A stretch of DNA of 32,000 nucleotides from Vulcanisaeta distributa DSM 14429. Its GTDB lineage: Archaea; Thermoproteota; Thermoprotei; Thermoproteales; Thermocladiaceae. A program made the translations under genes and the position numbers. The stretch is taken from assembly GCF_000148385.1 (NCBI RefSeq), contig NC_014537.1, forward strand, positions 360,001-392,000. Reading direction: 5' to 3'. Under the pieces are notes generated by a model, which searched no databases, was not told where the DNA came from, and saw nothing but the letters and a program-made list of their open reading frames with translations. This document shows, in pieces, positions 1 to 8,360 of this stretch; position 1 is the first letter of the stretch; each line of letters opens with the position of its first letter.

Positions 1-191
1 TCCTCACCCTTACTCGTTAACTCCGCCCCACCTCTCATAACCCTAATGGCACCTTTATCCCTAAGCTCATTGAGCACGCGCCTCACGACGCCCTCCCCCA
101 TGCCTGAGACAGCACTTAGTGAGTATCTGCCCATCCTCCCATACCTCTTAAGCATTAGGAGCACCGTTAACTCCTCAGCACTCATTTGCAT
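1..191 (-). CDS. Partial CDS (N-terminal 63 codons, continues past the window edge): putative winged-helix/HTH DNA-binding protein
   Basis: Not in the supplied track because it runs off the edge. The reverse complement from ATG 191..189 reads MQMSAEELTVLLMLKRYGRMGRYSLSAVSGMGEGVVRRVLNELRDKGAIRVMRGGAELTSKGE with no stop down to position 1. The function call rests only on the HTH-like pattern. Confidence 0.45.
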   Translation of the reverse strand, partial: MQMSAEELTVLLMLKRYGRMGRYSLSAVSGMGEGVVRRVLNELRDKGAIRVMRGGAELTSKGE

Positions 192-261
192 TAGTTATTA
201 ATTATCTAAGGTAAAAATAATTTTCCTCACCAAGTTATACTTATTAATCCTTACAATAATT

Positions 262-1770
262 GTGCCTGGTGGTCATCATTTGCCCAGTAAGGGCATGTAC
301 GCAAATTCGAAGGAATTACCAATAATAGTCTACAACACGGCATCAAAGAACCTCGAGAAGATAACCCTCCTACGCCCTGGCCTGGCTAGGATTTACGTCT
401 GTGGATTGACGCCTTACGACTCAATGCATGTTGGTCATGCAAGGACGTTCGTGTTCTACGACATATTCAGAAGATACCTAGAGTACCTGGGTGTTGAGGT
501 TAGGTTTGTGACTAACTTCACCGACATTGACGACAAGATAATTAACAGGGCTAGGCAGGAGTTTGGGGGTGAATTGATTAATAGGTGGTATGAGGTACCC
601 AGTAGGTACATTAAGGAGTTCTTTGATGCCATGGATAGGCTATACGTGAAGAGGGCGTACGCATACCCAAAGGTCACTGAGAACATAAACGACATGCTAA
701 AGTGGATTCAGGAATTAGTAAGTAAGAACCTGGCCTACGTAAGCCCCGATGGCTCTGTTTACTTCGACATAACCAAGGTACCCAGGTACGGCGAATTCTC
801 CGGGCAGAAAATCGAGGACTTAATAGCGGGTGCCAGGGTGGAGCCAGAACCAGGTAAGAGGAACCCGCTGGACTTCGCGCTTTGGAAGTCGTGGAGCGAA
901 GGTGAGCCTTGGTGGAACAGTCCCTGGAGCCCTGGTAGGCCTGGCTGGCACTTGGAGTGCGTTGTCATGTCCAGTAAGTACCTCGGTGTACCCTTCGACA
1001 TACATGGAGGTGGGCAAGACCTGATATTCCCACACCATGAGAATGAGATTGCCATCGCCAGGGTCTACTTCGGCATTGATTACTTCGCTAGGTACTGGAT
1101 ACACGTTGGTTTAGTGACAATCAGGGGGCAGAAGATGAGTAAGTCCCTTGGTAACATAATACCGATAATGGAGGTGTTGAGGAAGTACGATGGCGAAGTA
1201 CTGAGGCTTTACTACGCCATGACCCAGTACAGGAAGCCCATGGACTTCGATCCAGACGCCCTGGACCAGGTTAGGAATTCACTAATGAGTGTGTACGCGG
1301 CCTATGACATGCTGACCGAGGCAATAAACGAAGCCCCAGACACCGGTGATAGGGATAATGAGTTATTAAGTAAAGTTAATGAGTTCGTTAACTCCTTCGA
1401 AGAGTCACTAAACAATGATATTAACACAAGCGGCGCGGTGGCGGCGCTAATGGACTTCGCGAGGTACATAGCATCCACGGTCATTTACAACACACAACAC
1501 TACTCGAGAAACGCCTTAACCAATGCGTTAACAGCATTTAGCGATCTGGCAAACATACTCGGCATTCTAAATAGGACGAGACTACCACCATCGCTTGTGT
1601 CATTGATAGATACGTTAATAAGAATTAGGGCGCAACTAAGGGCTAGGAAAATGTTTGACGTAGCCGATGAAATCAGGAACGAACTTAGCAAACTGGGCGT
1701 TGTGGTGAGCGATGTCGGTAATAAGACGTATTGGTATATCGACAGAGACAAAATAACCCAATGGCATTAA
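262..1770 (+). CDS. cysS: Cysteinyl-tRNA synthetase (class I aaRS)
   Basis: Carries the HIGH-type motif HVGH (YDSMHVGHART), KMSKS (GQKMSKSLGN) and the CysRS-typical GWHLEC. The track start at 262 is GTG. ATG at 295 (MYANSKELPIIVYNT...) is an alternative start. Confidence 0.95.
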   Translation: MPGGHHLPSKGMYANSKELPIIVYNTASKNLEKITLLRPGLARIYVCGLTPYDSMHVGHARTFVFYDIFRRYLEYLGVEVRFVTNFTDIDDKIINRARQEFGGELINRWYEVPSRYIKEFFDAMDRLYVKRAYAYPKVTENINDMLKWIQELVSKNLAYVSPDGSVYFDITKVPRYGEFSGQKIEDLIAGARVEPEPGKRNPLDFALWKSWSEGEPWWNSPWSPGRPGWHLECVVMSSKYLGVPFDIHGGGQDLIFPHHENEIAIARVYFGIDYFARYWIHVGLVTIRGQKMSKSLGNIIPIMEVLRKYDGEVLRLYYAMTQYRKPMDFDPDALDQVRNSLMSVYAAYDMLTEAINEAPDTGDRDNELLSKVNEFVNSFEESLNNDINTSGAVAALMDFARYIASTVIYNTQHYSRNALTNALTAFSDLANILGILNRTRLPPSLVSLIDTLIRIRAQLRARKMFDVADEIRNELSKLGVVVSDVGNKTYWYIDRDKITQWH

Positions 1771-1788
1771 ATGGCGTAACTTGGACCT

Positions 1789-1826
1789 GGAGAGTCGCCG
1801 TGTATATATAACTGCGGCGACTCTTC
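1789..1826. promoter_or_regulatory. Stem-loop: about 12-bp stem (perfect 10-bp core agagtcgccg / cggcgactct) with a 14-nt loop tgtatatataactg
   Basis: The core arms are 1791..1800 and 1815..1824, extended by a G-T pair and a G-C pair. It lies about 20 nt after the cysS stop and upstream of the GH15 gene. The loop is TATA-like. Confidence 0.35.
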
Positions 1827-1932
1827 CCGCCCAAATTCTCATGGGCATCATCAATTAATGCCTCGTGGCCTCAGTATTGATTTGCCAGGCTTTCCGAACA
1901 AAATACTTTATTATTCTCCTCTAATTAAAATT

Positions 1933-3783
1933 ATGCGGATGAGGACGGTATTCCTCAGTAACGGCTCATTGGCTGTATTATATGACGAGAATTATTACAT
2001 AAGGGACATTTACTATCCATTACTCGGTCAGCACCATCACCACTCCTTCGGTGGCAGGTTTAAAATTGGTATTTGGCATGATGGTAGGTTCACGTGGCTT
2101 GAGGGCATTGGTAATAAGGGGATTAGGTTGTCGGGTTCAAAGGCAGAGCTTCATGCCCAGTGGGATGGGCTTGACATTCACATGGAGGATACGGTACTAA
2201 TACCGCAGCCCGTACTGGTTAGGCACGTGTCCATTAGGGGACCCGGCTTTGTCAGGGTTATTTTCTACCATGACTTTAAATTAAATGATTATGAGGCCGG
2301 CGACACTGCGTTCTACGACCCATCGCTGGACGCCGTATTTCACTATAAAGGAACTACATGGTTTGGCATTGCATCCACGAACCCAATCTATGAATACACC
2401 ACGGGTAGGAGGGACCTTAACGTGGTCCTGCCTGACTGTGAGGATGGTATATTGAGTAAGAACCCAATAGCCCAGGGCTCCGTGGCCTCCGCAATATCCA
2501 TAGCAAGCCCCGAGTTCTATTACTTCATTGTGGCTGGGGATAATTATGAGAGGGTTATGAGACTGATAATTGAGCTTAGGGATAGGAGGAACGTGGAGAC
2601 CTACTTCCGCAGGTCAGTGAATTACTGGAGTAATGTGGCTGCGGAGTACAGCGATGATGAGTTGGCGTCTCAAAGCATTGTGGTTCTGCTTGGGCATGTG
2701 GGTGTTAATGGTTCAATACCCGCCTCACTGGACACATCAATAATAAAGTTTAACCTGGACACATACGGTTACCTATGGCCTAGGGATGCTGCGTTCGCTG
2801 CAATGGCGTTAGACATGGCGGGTTACTACACATTCACGAAGCGCTTCTACTCCCTTGTGTTTAGGTTGTTTGGTGGTGAGGGCTTCCTATTCCAGAAGTA
2901 TAATCCGAGTGGTACCTGGGGCTCGACGTGGCATCCATGGACTGTCAGGAGTAGGAGGTCCCTGAACATTCAGGAGGATGAGACCGCAACCGTGATCTAT
3001 GCCTTCTGGCACTATTTCCAGAGGACGAGGGATTACGACTTGCTTAGGGAGGTCTATGACGTGATAGCCAGGGCCGCGAACTTCATGGTTAATTTCAGGG
3101 ATGAGAAGCTGAAACTACCCCTTGAATCCTATGACCTATGGGAGGAGAGACTCGGCGTGCATACGTACACCGCAGCCTCAGTATACGCCGGACTACTTGC
3201 GGCGAGCAACCTGGCTAAGATGCTTGGTGAGTATGAGAGCGCCAGTAAGTGGGAGGAGGCTGCCATGGAGATTCGAGAGGCCATTAGGAATTACCTATTC
3301 GATAGGGAGAGGGGCGTGTTTTACAGGTTTGTCAGGATCGATGATGGTAAAATAACGGAGGTTGATAGGACAGTCGACGCGAGCATAATGGGTGTATACA
3401 TATTCAATGTGTTCGACGTGTACGAACCCATGCTTGAGAGCAGTGTTAAGGTTATTATGGATAGGCTTTGGGTTAAGCCCGTAGGGGGTGTCGCCCGTTA
3501 TGAGGGTGATTATTATCAAAGGGTTCCCGGTGATTATAGTGGTATTCCTGGTAATCCGTGGATAATAACCACACTCTGGGTTGCCCAGTACTACATGGCT
3601 AAGGGTGATTGTTATAGGGCTAAGGAGTTGATGAGCTGGGTCAATAGGGTAAAGACACCCACGAACCTACTGCCCGAGCAGGTTGACCCGTTTAAGGGAT
3701 TACCGGTTTCCGTAACCCCACTTGTTTGGAGTCATGCGGAGTATTTAAGGGCTTACATAATGAGGAGGAAACATTGTGCCTAA
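1933..3783 (+). CDS. Glycoside hydrolase family 15 (glucoamylase/trehalase-like)
   Basis: The ORF 1858..3783 carries GH15-type motifs LWPRDAAF, YDLWEER and LPEQVD. The N-terminus typical of the family (MRMRTVFLSNGSLAVL...) starts at ATG 1933, so the first 25 codons of the track ORF are probably not translated. Confidence 0.85.
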   Translation: MRMRTVFLSNGSLAVLYDENYYIRDIYYPLLGQHHHHSFGGRFKIGIWHDGRFTWLEGIGNKGIRLSGSKAELHAQWDGLDIHMEDTVLIPQPVLVRHVSIRGPGFVRVIFYHDFKLNDYEAGDTAFYDPSLDAVFHYKGTTWFGIASTNPIYEYTTGRRDLNVVLPDCEDGILSKNPIAQGSVASAISIASPEFYYFIVAGDNYERVMRLIIELRDRRNVETYFRRSVNYWSNVAAEYSDDELASQSIVVLLGHVGVNGSIPASLDTSIIKFNLDTYGYLWPRDAAFAAMALDMAGYYTFTKRFYSLVFRLFGGEGFLFQKYNPSGTWGSTWHPWTVRSRRSLNIQEDETATVIYAFWHYFQRTRDYDLLREVYDVIARAANFMVNFRDEKLKLPLESYDLWEERLGVHTYTAASVYAGLLAASNLAKMLGEYESASKWEEAAMEIREAIRNYLFDRERGVFYRFVRIDDGKITEVDRTVDASIMGVYIFNVFDVYEPMLESSVKVIMDRLWVKPVGGVARYEGDYYQRVPGDYSGIPGNPWIITTLWVAQYYMAKGDCYRAKELMSWVNRVKTPTNLLPEQVDPFKGLPVSVTPLVWSHAEYLRAYIMRRKHCA

Positions 3784-4784
3784 GGTCCCCAGTATGTTTC
3801 ATAAAGCTTTATCCAATAACCACTAACCAGCCTATTCTTGCCCAGGACCTCCGTTATTGGCACCCTGACTATGTCACCACCCCTATAAGCAACCATCTTA
3901 CCAAAGTCATCATCCTCAATCGCGTTGAAGGCCTCCGTGGCGAACCTAACGGCTAACACCCTATCAAACGCGGTTGGTGGTGCACCCCTAATAATGTGGC
4001 CTGGAATCACTGCCCTGGTCTCGAGACCCGTGACCTTCTCTATATACTGGGCAAGTTCATTACCAACACCACCAAGTCTCGAGTGTCCAAACTCGTCCTT
4101 AGGCCCACCATACTCCTTAATACCCTCGGAGACCACGACCAACGCCCACCTCCTATCCTTGTAAACCTCCTTAACCCTATTAGCAACGATGTCCCAGTTA
4201 ACAGGCTTCTCGGGTATCAGGACGAAGTCCGCCATCGTGGCTAAACCAGTGAATAGGGCTATCCAACCGGCCTCCCTACCCATGACCTCAACAACACCAA
4301 CCCTCTCATGGGATATCAACGTAGTCTTGAAGGATTCAGTGACCTTAATGGCCTCGTTAACCGCCGTGTCAAAGCCTATTGTGTAGTCAGTGCCATATAC
4401 ATCATTGTCTATCGTCTTCGGAATACCAACCACATTAGCTAAACCCCTTGCCTGGGTCTGGGCCGCTGCGCTCAGCGTATCGTCACCGCCAATCGCCACA
4501 ATCACGTCTAAACCAAGCTCCCTTAAATTTCTGGCAAAGACCTCAGCCCTAGTTTCATCCTTAAATGGGTTGGTCCTTGATGTCCTAATGAACGTGCCAC
4601 CCTCGAATGCGAAATCTATTAGGTCCCTAGACGTGACCCTCCTAACCTCCTTATCCAATATACCCCTCCAGCCATGGAATATTGCGTAAACCTCGTGCTT
4701 CCCCTCTAATAACTTAGTCAGCGTGTACACGGCTATGTTAAGTCCCGGTGCATCACCGCCTCCCGTGAGGATACCCACCTTCAT
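3780..4784 (-). CDS. pfp: Pyrophosphate-dependent 6-phosphofructokinase (PFK-A family)
   Basis: The N-terminus MKVGILTGGGDAPGLN is PFK-like. The GGDD motif (AIGGDDTL) and PKTIDND place Asp and Lys at the two positions that are Gly104/Gly124 in E. coli ATP-PFK, which is the PPi-type signature. It overlaps fba by 4 nt. Confidence 0.85.
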   Translation of the reverse strand: MKVGILTGGGDAPGLNIAVYTLTKLLEGKHEVYAIFHGWRGILDKEVRRVTSRDLIDFAFEGGTFIRTSRTNPFKDETRAEVFARNLRELGLDVIVAIGGDDTLSAAAQTQARGLANVVGIPKTIDNDVYGTDYTIGFDTAVNEAIKVTESFKTTLISHERVGVVEVMGREAGWIALFTGLATMADFVLIPEKPVNWDIVANRVKEVYKDRRWALVVVSEGIKEYGGPKDEFGHSRLGGVGNELAQYIEKVTGLETRAVIPGHIIRGAPPTAFDRVLAVRFATEAFNAIEDDDFGKMVAYRGGDIVRVPITEVLGKNRLVSGYWIKLYETYWGP

Positions 4785-5581
4785 CCGACCTCACCTAACA
4801 CCTCAGCAACCTTCTTACCACCATACACGATCTCCGAAAGAACCCTAGCGAATTTTAACGCGTCCTTCCTCTGCCACACATTCCTACCAACGGCAATGCC
4901 AACGGCGCCGGCCTCAAGGACACCCTCAACCTGCCTCAGGAACTCCTCCTCAGTCTTCGTCTTAGGACCACCAGACATTAACACTGGGACCTTACCCGCC
5001 ACCTTGACGGCCCAGGCAAAGGTCTTTGGGTCACCTGTGTACTTTATCTTCATGGCATCGGCACCAAGCTCAAGGGCCACCCTCGCCGCGTAGGCCACTA
5101 TCTCCGGCGCAGTCTCGTTCGTGACCTTACCACCCCTTGGGTACGACCAAACAATCAGCGGTATGTCAAACTTAATAGCCTCCCTCTTTATCTTAGCCAA
5201 CTCCTCAAACATCTTCCACTCATAACCACTGCCTGGGTATATCGTGTAACCCACCGCGGAGGCGCCAAGGCTCACGGCCTCCTCAACCGTGCAATTAGCC
5301 ACTGATATTGGCTCACCATTGTATAGGCTCGTCTTACCATTTAACTTAACAATGAGCGGCACACTGCCATCATAGTACTTCTCCGCAATACCCCTCTGGA
5401 AAACGACGCCGTCAAAGCCAGCCTCACGTGCCAGTTTAAGTATGTACTCAGGATCTGCGGAGTCTGGGTTGTCGAGGAAGTCCGTTGGTCCATGCTCAAT
5501 ACCGTGGTCGTAAGCAAGTATTATTGACCTACCCCTCCTCGCGAATACCTTCAGGAACTTCTCGATTAAACCTGCCATCAA
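4781..5581 (-). CDS. fba: Archaeal class I fructose-1,6-bisphosphate aldolase (DhnA/FbaB family)
   Basis: Shows DhnA-family similarity (ILAYDHGIEHGP, GADAMKIKYTG, VLMSGGPK). It lies directly upstream of pfp and is translationally coupled to it, the same arrangement as the Thermoproteus tenax fba-pfp operon. Confidence 0.85.
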   Translation of the reverse strand: MMAGLIEKFLKVFARRGRSIILAYDHGIEHGPTDFLDNPDSADPEYILKLAREAGFDGVVFQRGIAEKYYDGSVPLIVKLNGKTSLYNGEPISVANCTVEEAVSLGASAVGYTIYPGSGYEWKMFEELAKIKREAIKFDIPLIVWSYPRGGKVTNETAPEIVAYAARVALELGADAMKIKYTGDPKTFAWAVKVAGKVPVLMSGGPKTKTEEEFLRQVEGVLEAGAVGIAVGRNVWQRKDALKFARVLSEIVYGGKKVAEVLGEVG

Positions 5582-5658
5582 TTACTTCGTTTGTTAAAAC
5601 CCATATTTAATGTGTGAATGTTAGAAATGTGTTGTTGGGTATAATGATTACACCACCT

Positions 5659-6387
5659 TTAGGCATTATTACCCTCATTACCAATTGTAATACCGTAAAT
5701 AACCTGAATCTGCTCAAGTAAGTCATTAACAATGAATCTAAGTATTTCGGAACCAACCTCAGGCCTTACGAGGTCCCTACGTAGCGAACCAATAACGCCC
5801 GTCTCACTAACGTCAATAGTCCTAAAAATGTTTATGTTACCGCTAACCTCAATATCAGTAACCCTATCCCACCTAACAAGGTCCTTACTTATTGCGGCGA
5901 TCAATGATGTCTCAACAGCATCGGCATGCCCAAAGGATGGGAAGTACCTCGTTATGTAATCAACGACCCTCTTATTATATATGTAATAATGATAAGCCCT
6001 GGGCCTAACCCTTGAGTAATTCCACTCCTTAACAACAATGGTTAGTGCATCAACGTTACCGCCATGCCCATTAACAAACACAATCCCAACAGGGCTCCAC
6101 GCAGATACGCTCTCGATAAAGTCGAGAAGGTAGTGGATTAGGCTTTCAAAGCGAACCCACGTTGTGCCCACGAAGCCCGCATGCTCCATTGAGGAGCCAA
6201 CAGCAATTAACGGGTAGAGCAAGGCCTTATTTTGCATTTTGCGTTCAACCTCAGCGGCGATATAATTAGCGATTATTGAGTCGGTGCCCAGGGGTAAGTG
6301 AGGCCCGTGTTGCTCTATGGATCCGACCGGCACGATGATTAAAGGATCCTTAGGTACTTCATCACGTGTTATTTCCAATATCCTCAC
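5659..6387 (-). CDS. Creatininase-family amidohydrolase (creatinine amidohydrolase / ArfB-like)
   Basis: Family motifs are present: SIEQHGPHLPLGTD and VNGHGGN. Confidence 0.75.
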   Translation of the reverse strand: MRILEITRDEVPKDPLIIVPVGSIEQHGPHLPLGTDSIIANYIAAEVERKMQNKALLYPLIAVGSSMEHAGFVGTTWVRFESLIHYLLDFIESVSAWSPVGIVFVNGHGGNVDALTIVVKEWNYSRVRPRAYHYYIYNKRVVDYITRYFPSFGHADAVETSLIAAISKDLVRWDRVTDIEVSGNINIFRTIDVSETGVIGSLRRDLVRPEVGSEILRFIVNDLLEQIQVIYGITIGNEGNNA

Positions 6388-6410
6388 GCAGTAACGTTAA
6401 TGCATTACTA

Positions 6411-6843
6411 TTAAAAACCTGTGTTTAAGTTTCGGATCCTCACCCTAACAACCTCCCTAGTATGCAGACCCAATGCCACTCCAGGGACACGCATCACTAA
6501 AACCTCTGAATAACTCGGTATTTCCTGGTCAACATGCAATGCGATTAAGTCGAACTTAAGGTCTTTCCTAAGCTCAGGAAGAGTACTTGAAGCATTGTGG
6601 AACTATCCTTATCACCTGAGATGGATGCCATGACGGTATCACCACCCCTAATCAGTTTATACTTATCAATAACCTTACAATCCTTCTCCTAACAAACTCA
6701 ATAAAATGCTCCTTACAAAGCGTCAACCTAGCATAGGGGATCCTAACAAAGGCCCTCCTATCATAAACACTACATCTGTCAAGTATCGACTCCCTAACAA
6801 CTCTAACCACATCGCCAGCACGTATCGACCTCCTAAAAATCAT
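6411..6843 (-). pseudogene. Decayed N-terminal remnant of a PP-loop ATPase (TtcA / tRNA thiolation-like)
   Basis: Track ORF 6652..6843 reads ...CSVYDRRAFVRIPYARLTLCKEHFIEF, a degenerate zinc ribbon. After its stop, homology continues in a second frame (KLIRGGDTVMASISGDKDS, compare SGGKDS). It then continues in a third frame (KDLKFDLIALHVDQEIPSYSE...) to a stop at 6411..6413. About 140 of roughly 300 expected codons remain. Confidence 0.65.
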
Positions 6844-6914
6844 TAGTTAACTACATTCCTGAATAAACTCAACTTAATTAAACTAGAACGTAAAATAAAG
6901 GATAGAACAACCCG

Positions 6915-6993
6915 TGGTGCGGCCGCCGGGATTCGAACCCGGGTTCTGCGGCTCGGCAGGCCGCCATCCTAGACCAGGCTAGACTACGGCCGC
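6915..6993 (-). tRNA. tRNA-Gly (anticodon GCC), 3' CCA encoded, no intron
   Basis: The reverse complement is GCGGCCGTAGTCTAGCCTGGTCTAGGATGGCGGCCTGCCGAGCCGCAGAACCCGGGTTCGAATCCCGGCGGCCGCACCA. It folds with acceptor GCGGCCG/CGGCCGC, anticodon arm GCGGC-CTGCCGA-GCCGC and T arm CCGGG-TTCGAAT-CCCGG. The D-stem has one mismatch. Confidence 0.9.
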
Positions 6994-7018
6994 GGTTTGA
7001 AACACGCTGTTTTGGGTT

Positions 7019-7519
7019 TTAAGCTTTTTGTATTGATCCCAGGTCTTCCCTCTCGATCTTAAAGGGCTTCGTTAGTAGTAGGGCATTATCCATTTTTCTC
7101 AGTAGCTTCTCCTTGTTTATGTAGGGTATTTGGTTTTTCATGATTAACTCCCTCGCCCTAATGATTAATCTCTTAAACGCCTCTGGATTGTTTTCCTGGA
7201 TTTTCACGAAGGCTGCCGCCAATATTATCAATCCCTGTATACCCTCGTCCCTATTTTTACGCCATACCCTTTCAAGCACTTCATGGGCCTCCCAAAACCT
7301 CTCCTCGTTGAATAGCTCGATATACCTCTTAATTGCGTATTCCTCGTTATATTTCTCATCCTCCTCCAGGTCAATTTTTACGGTGTCCATTACTTTAAAT
7401 CCCAAGTTCTCTATTATGTATACATAATCGTTATTATCGACGTTTAAGTCAATCTCGATGTGACTACTCGCAATCCTAATATTTATTATCTTTAGCTTTG
7501 TTGCTTTACGCAGGTTCAT
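7019..7519 (-). CDS. DUF309-domain protein
   Basis: The C-terminal half carries the DUF309 signature (YIELFNEERFWEAHEVLERVW...GLIILAAAF). The N-terminal 60 aa are uncharacterised. Confidence 0.65.
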   Translation of the reverse strand: MNLRKATKLKIINIRIASSHIEIDLNVDNNDYVYIIENLGFKVMDTVKIDLEEDEKYNEEYAIKRYIELFNEERFWEAHEVLERVWRKNRDEGIQGLIILAAAFVKIQENNPEAFKRLIIRARELIMKNQIPYINKEKLLRKMDNALLLTKPFKIEREDLGSIQKA

Positions 7520-8036
7520 AAATAATGCTTCTCTATCCTCTGGTTTGAATCCCGGGTTTTTCGTTATTAATAATACCCTAATGATTAGTGAAACTTTATG
7601 GTATTTTTAATCCCTTTATATTTAGGTAGATATTAAACCGCCGTAAATATTAAGTAAGCTAGGAATACCACAATCTTAACTATAAGGTACCGCAACCACC
7701 TCATAGGGTATGAAGGTATCTATTGCCACTAACGTGAATAATAAGTCGCTTAACTATGCTTAAGCCTATAAAGCCGAAGACAGCCAGTGCGCTTAGAAAT
7801 GCGAATATCACAACGACTGATAAGACTACGACCTATATTGACGTTATACAGAAACTTCATAAACGAAATTCCATATATTTTTCTTATGAAATATACACGT
7901 ACCTATTAGGGCATAATACCATACTTATGAGCGTGCTCGTATTAAGCTTGCACACATCGACAATTAGGCAAAACTGGTTAATTCTAGCTAGTTAGTTATA
8001 ACATTAAAATAAAGCATCGCTGACTTTTATTTTCGT

Positions 8037-8360
8037 ATGGAGTCTGTAGTCGTAAGGAGCGCACCTGCGGTGGTGCTTAATCCAGGTGATAATGTTGCGG
8101 TTGCCCTTAGGGATTTGAGGGCTGGTGAGGATGTTGAGTTAATAATTGGTGGCTCAAGGGTCAGGGTTAGGTTACTTAATGATATACCCTTCGGGCATAA
8201 GTTCGCGATTAGGGATATTCGCATGTGTGATTATGTTATTAAGTACGGTCATGTGATTGGTAGGGCTAAGCGTGACATTAAGGTTGGTGAGCACGTCCAT
8301 GTTCATAACGTGGAGAGCCTAACGGCAGTTCATAGCGTCTGTAGGGGTGGTAATCCATGA
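8037..8360 (+). CDS. UxaA-family (altronate/galactarate-type) dehydratase, small SAF-domain subunit
   Basis: Shows a SAF-domain pattern (LNPGDNVAVAL, DIPFGHKFA, VGEHVHVHN). It has a 4-nt ATGA overlap with the large subunit. Confidence 0.8.
   Translation: MESVVVRSAPAVVLNPGDNVAVALRDLRAGEDVELIIGGSRVRVRLLNDIPFGHKFAIRDIRMCDYVIKYGHVIGRAKRDIKVGEHVHVHNVESLTAVHSVCRGGNP

Noticed and set aside
456-1854. Eight track ORFs (456..695, 759..1055, 820..1104, 830..1024, 1302..1484, 1500..1751, all inside cysS; 1636..1854 overlapping its 3' end; and similar ones elsewhere)
   Set aside because: These are shadow ORFs lying inside or overlapping a strongly supported aaRS gene, antisense or out of frame. They show low-complexity Ser/Leu/Pro-rich translations and no motifs.
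6652-6843. The 63-aa ORF treated as an independent small gene
   Set aside because: Its sequence is the N-terminal zinc-ribbon region of a PP-loop ATPase, and the homology continues downstream in other frames. It is better explained as part of a pseudogene.
7543-7556. tRNA T-arm-like string ggtttgaatcccgg considered as an att-site remnant of an element integrated at tRNA-Gly
   Set aside because: It is only 14 nt with a mismatch and is in inverted rather than direct orientation relative to the tRNA. The stem is degenerate, no integrase is nearby, and the interval holds just one DUF309 gene.
7756-7995. The 79-aa ORF in the AT-rich gap
   Set aside because: It has no motif, an AT-driven composition, no plausible promoter or coupling context, and it overlaps a region that reads equally well on the other strand.
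8007-8018. Shared 12-mer aaaataaagcat upstream of uxaA-small (8007..8018) and of the AOR stump (13391..13402), considered as a common operator
   Set aside because: It is an AT-rich, TATA-like sequence. By a rough estimate, chance 12-mer sharing is expected many times in 32 kb, and the spacing to the starts differs.
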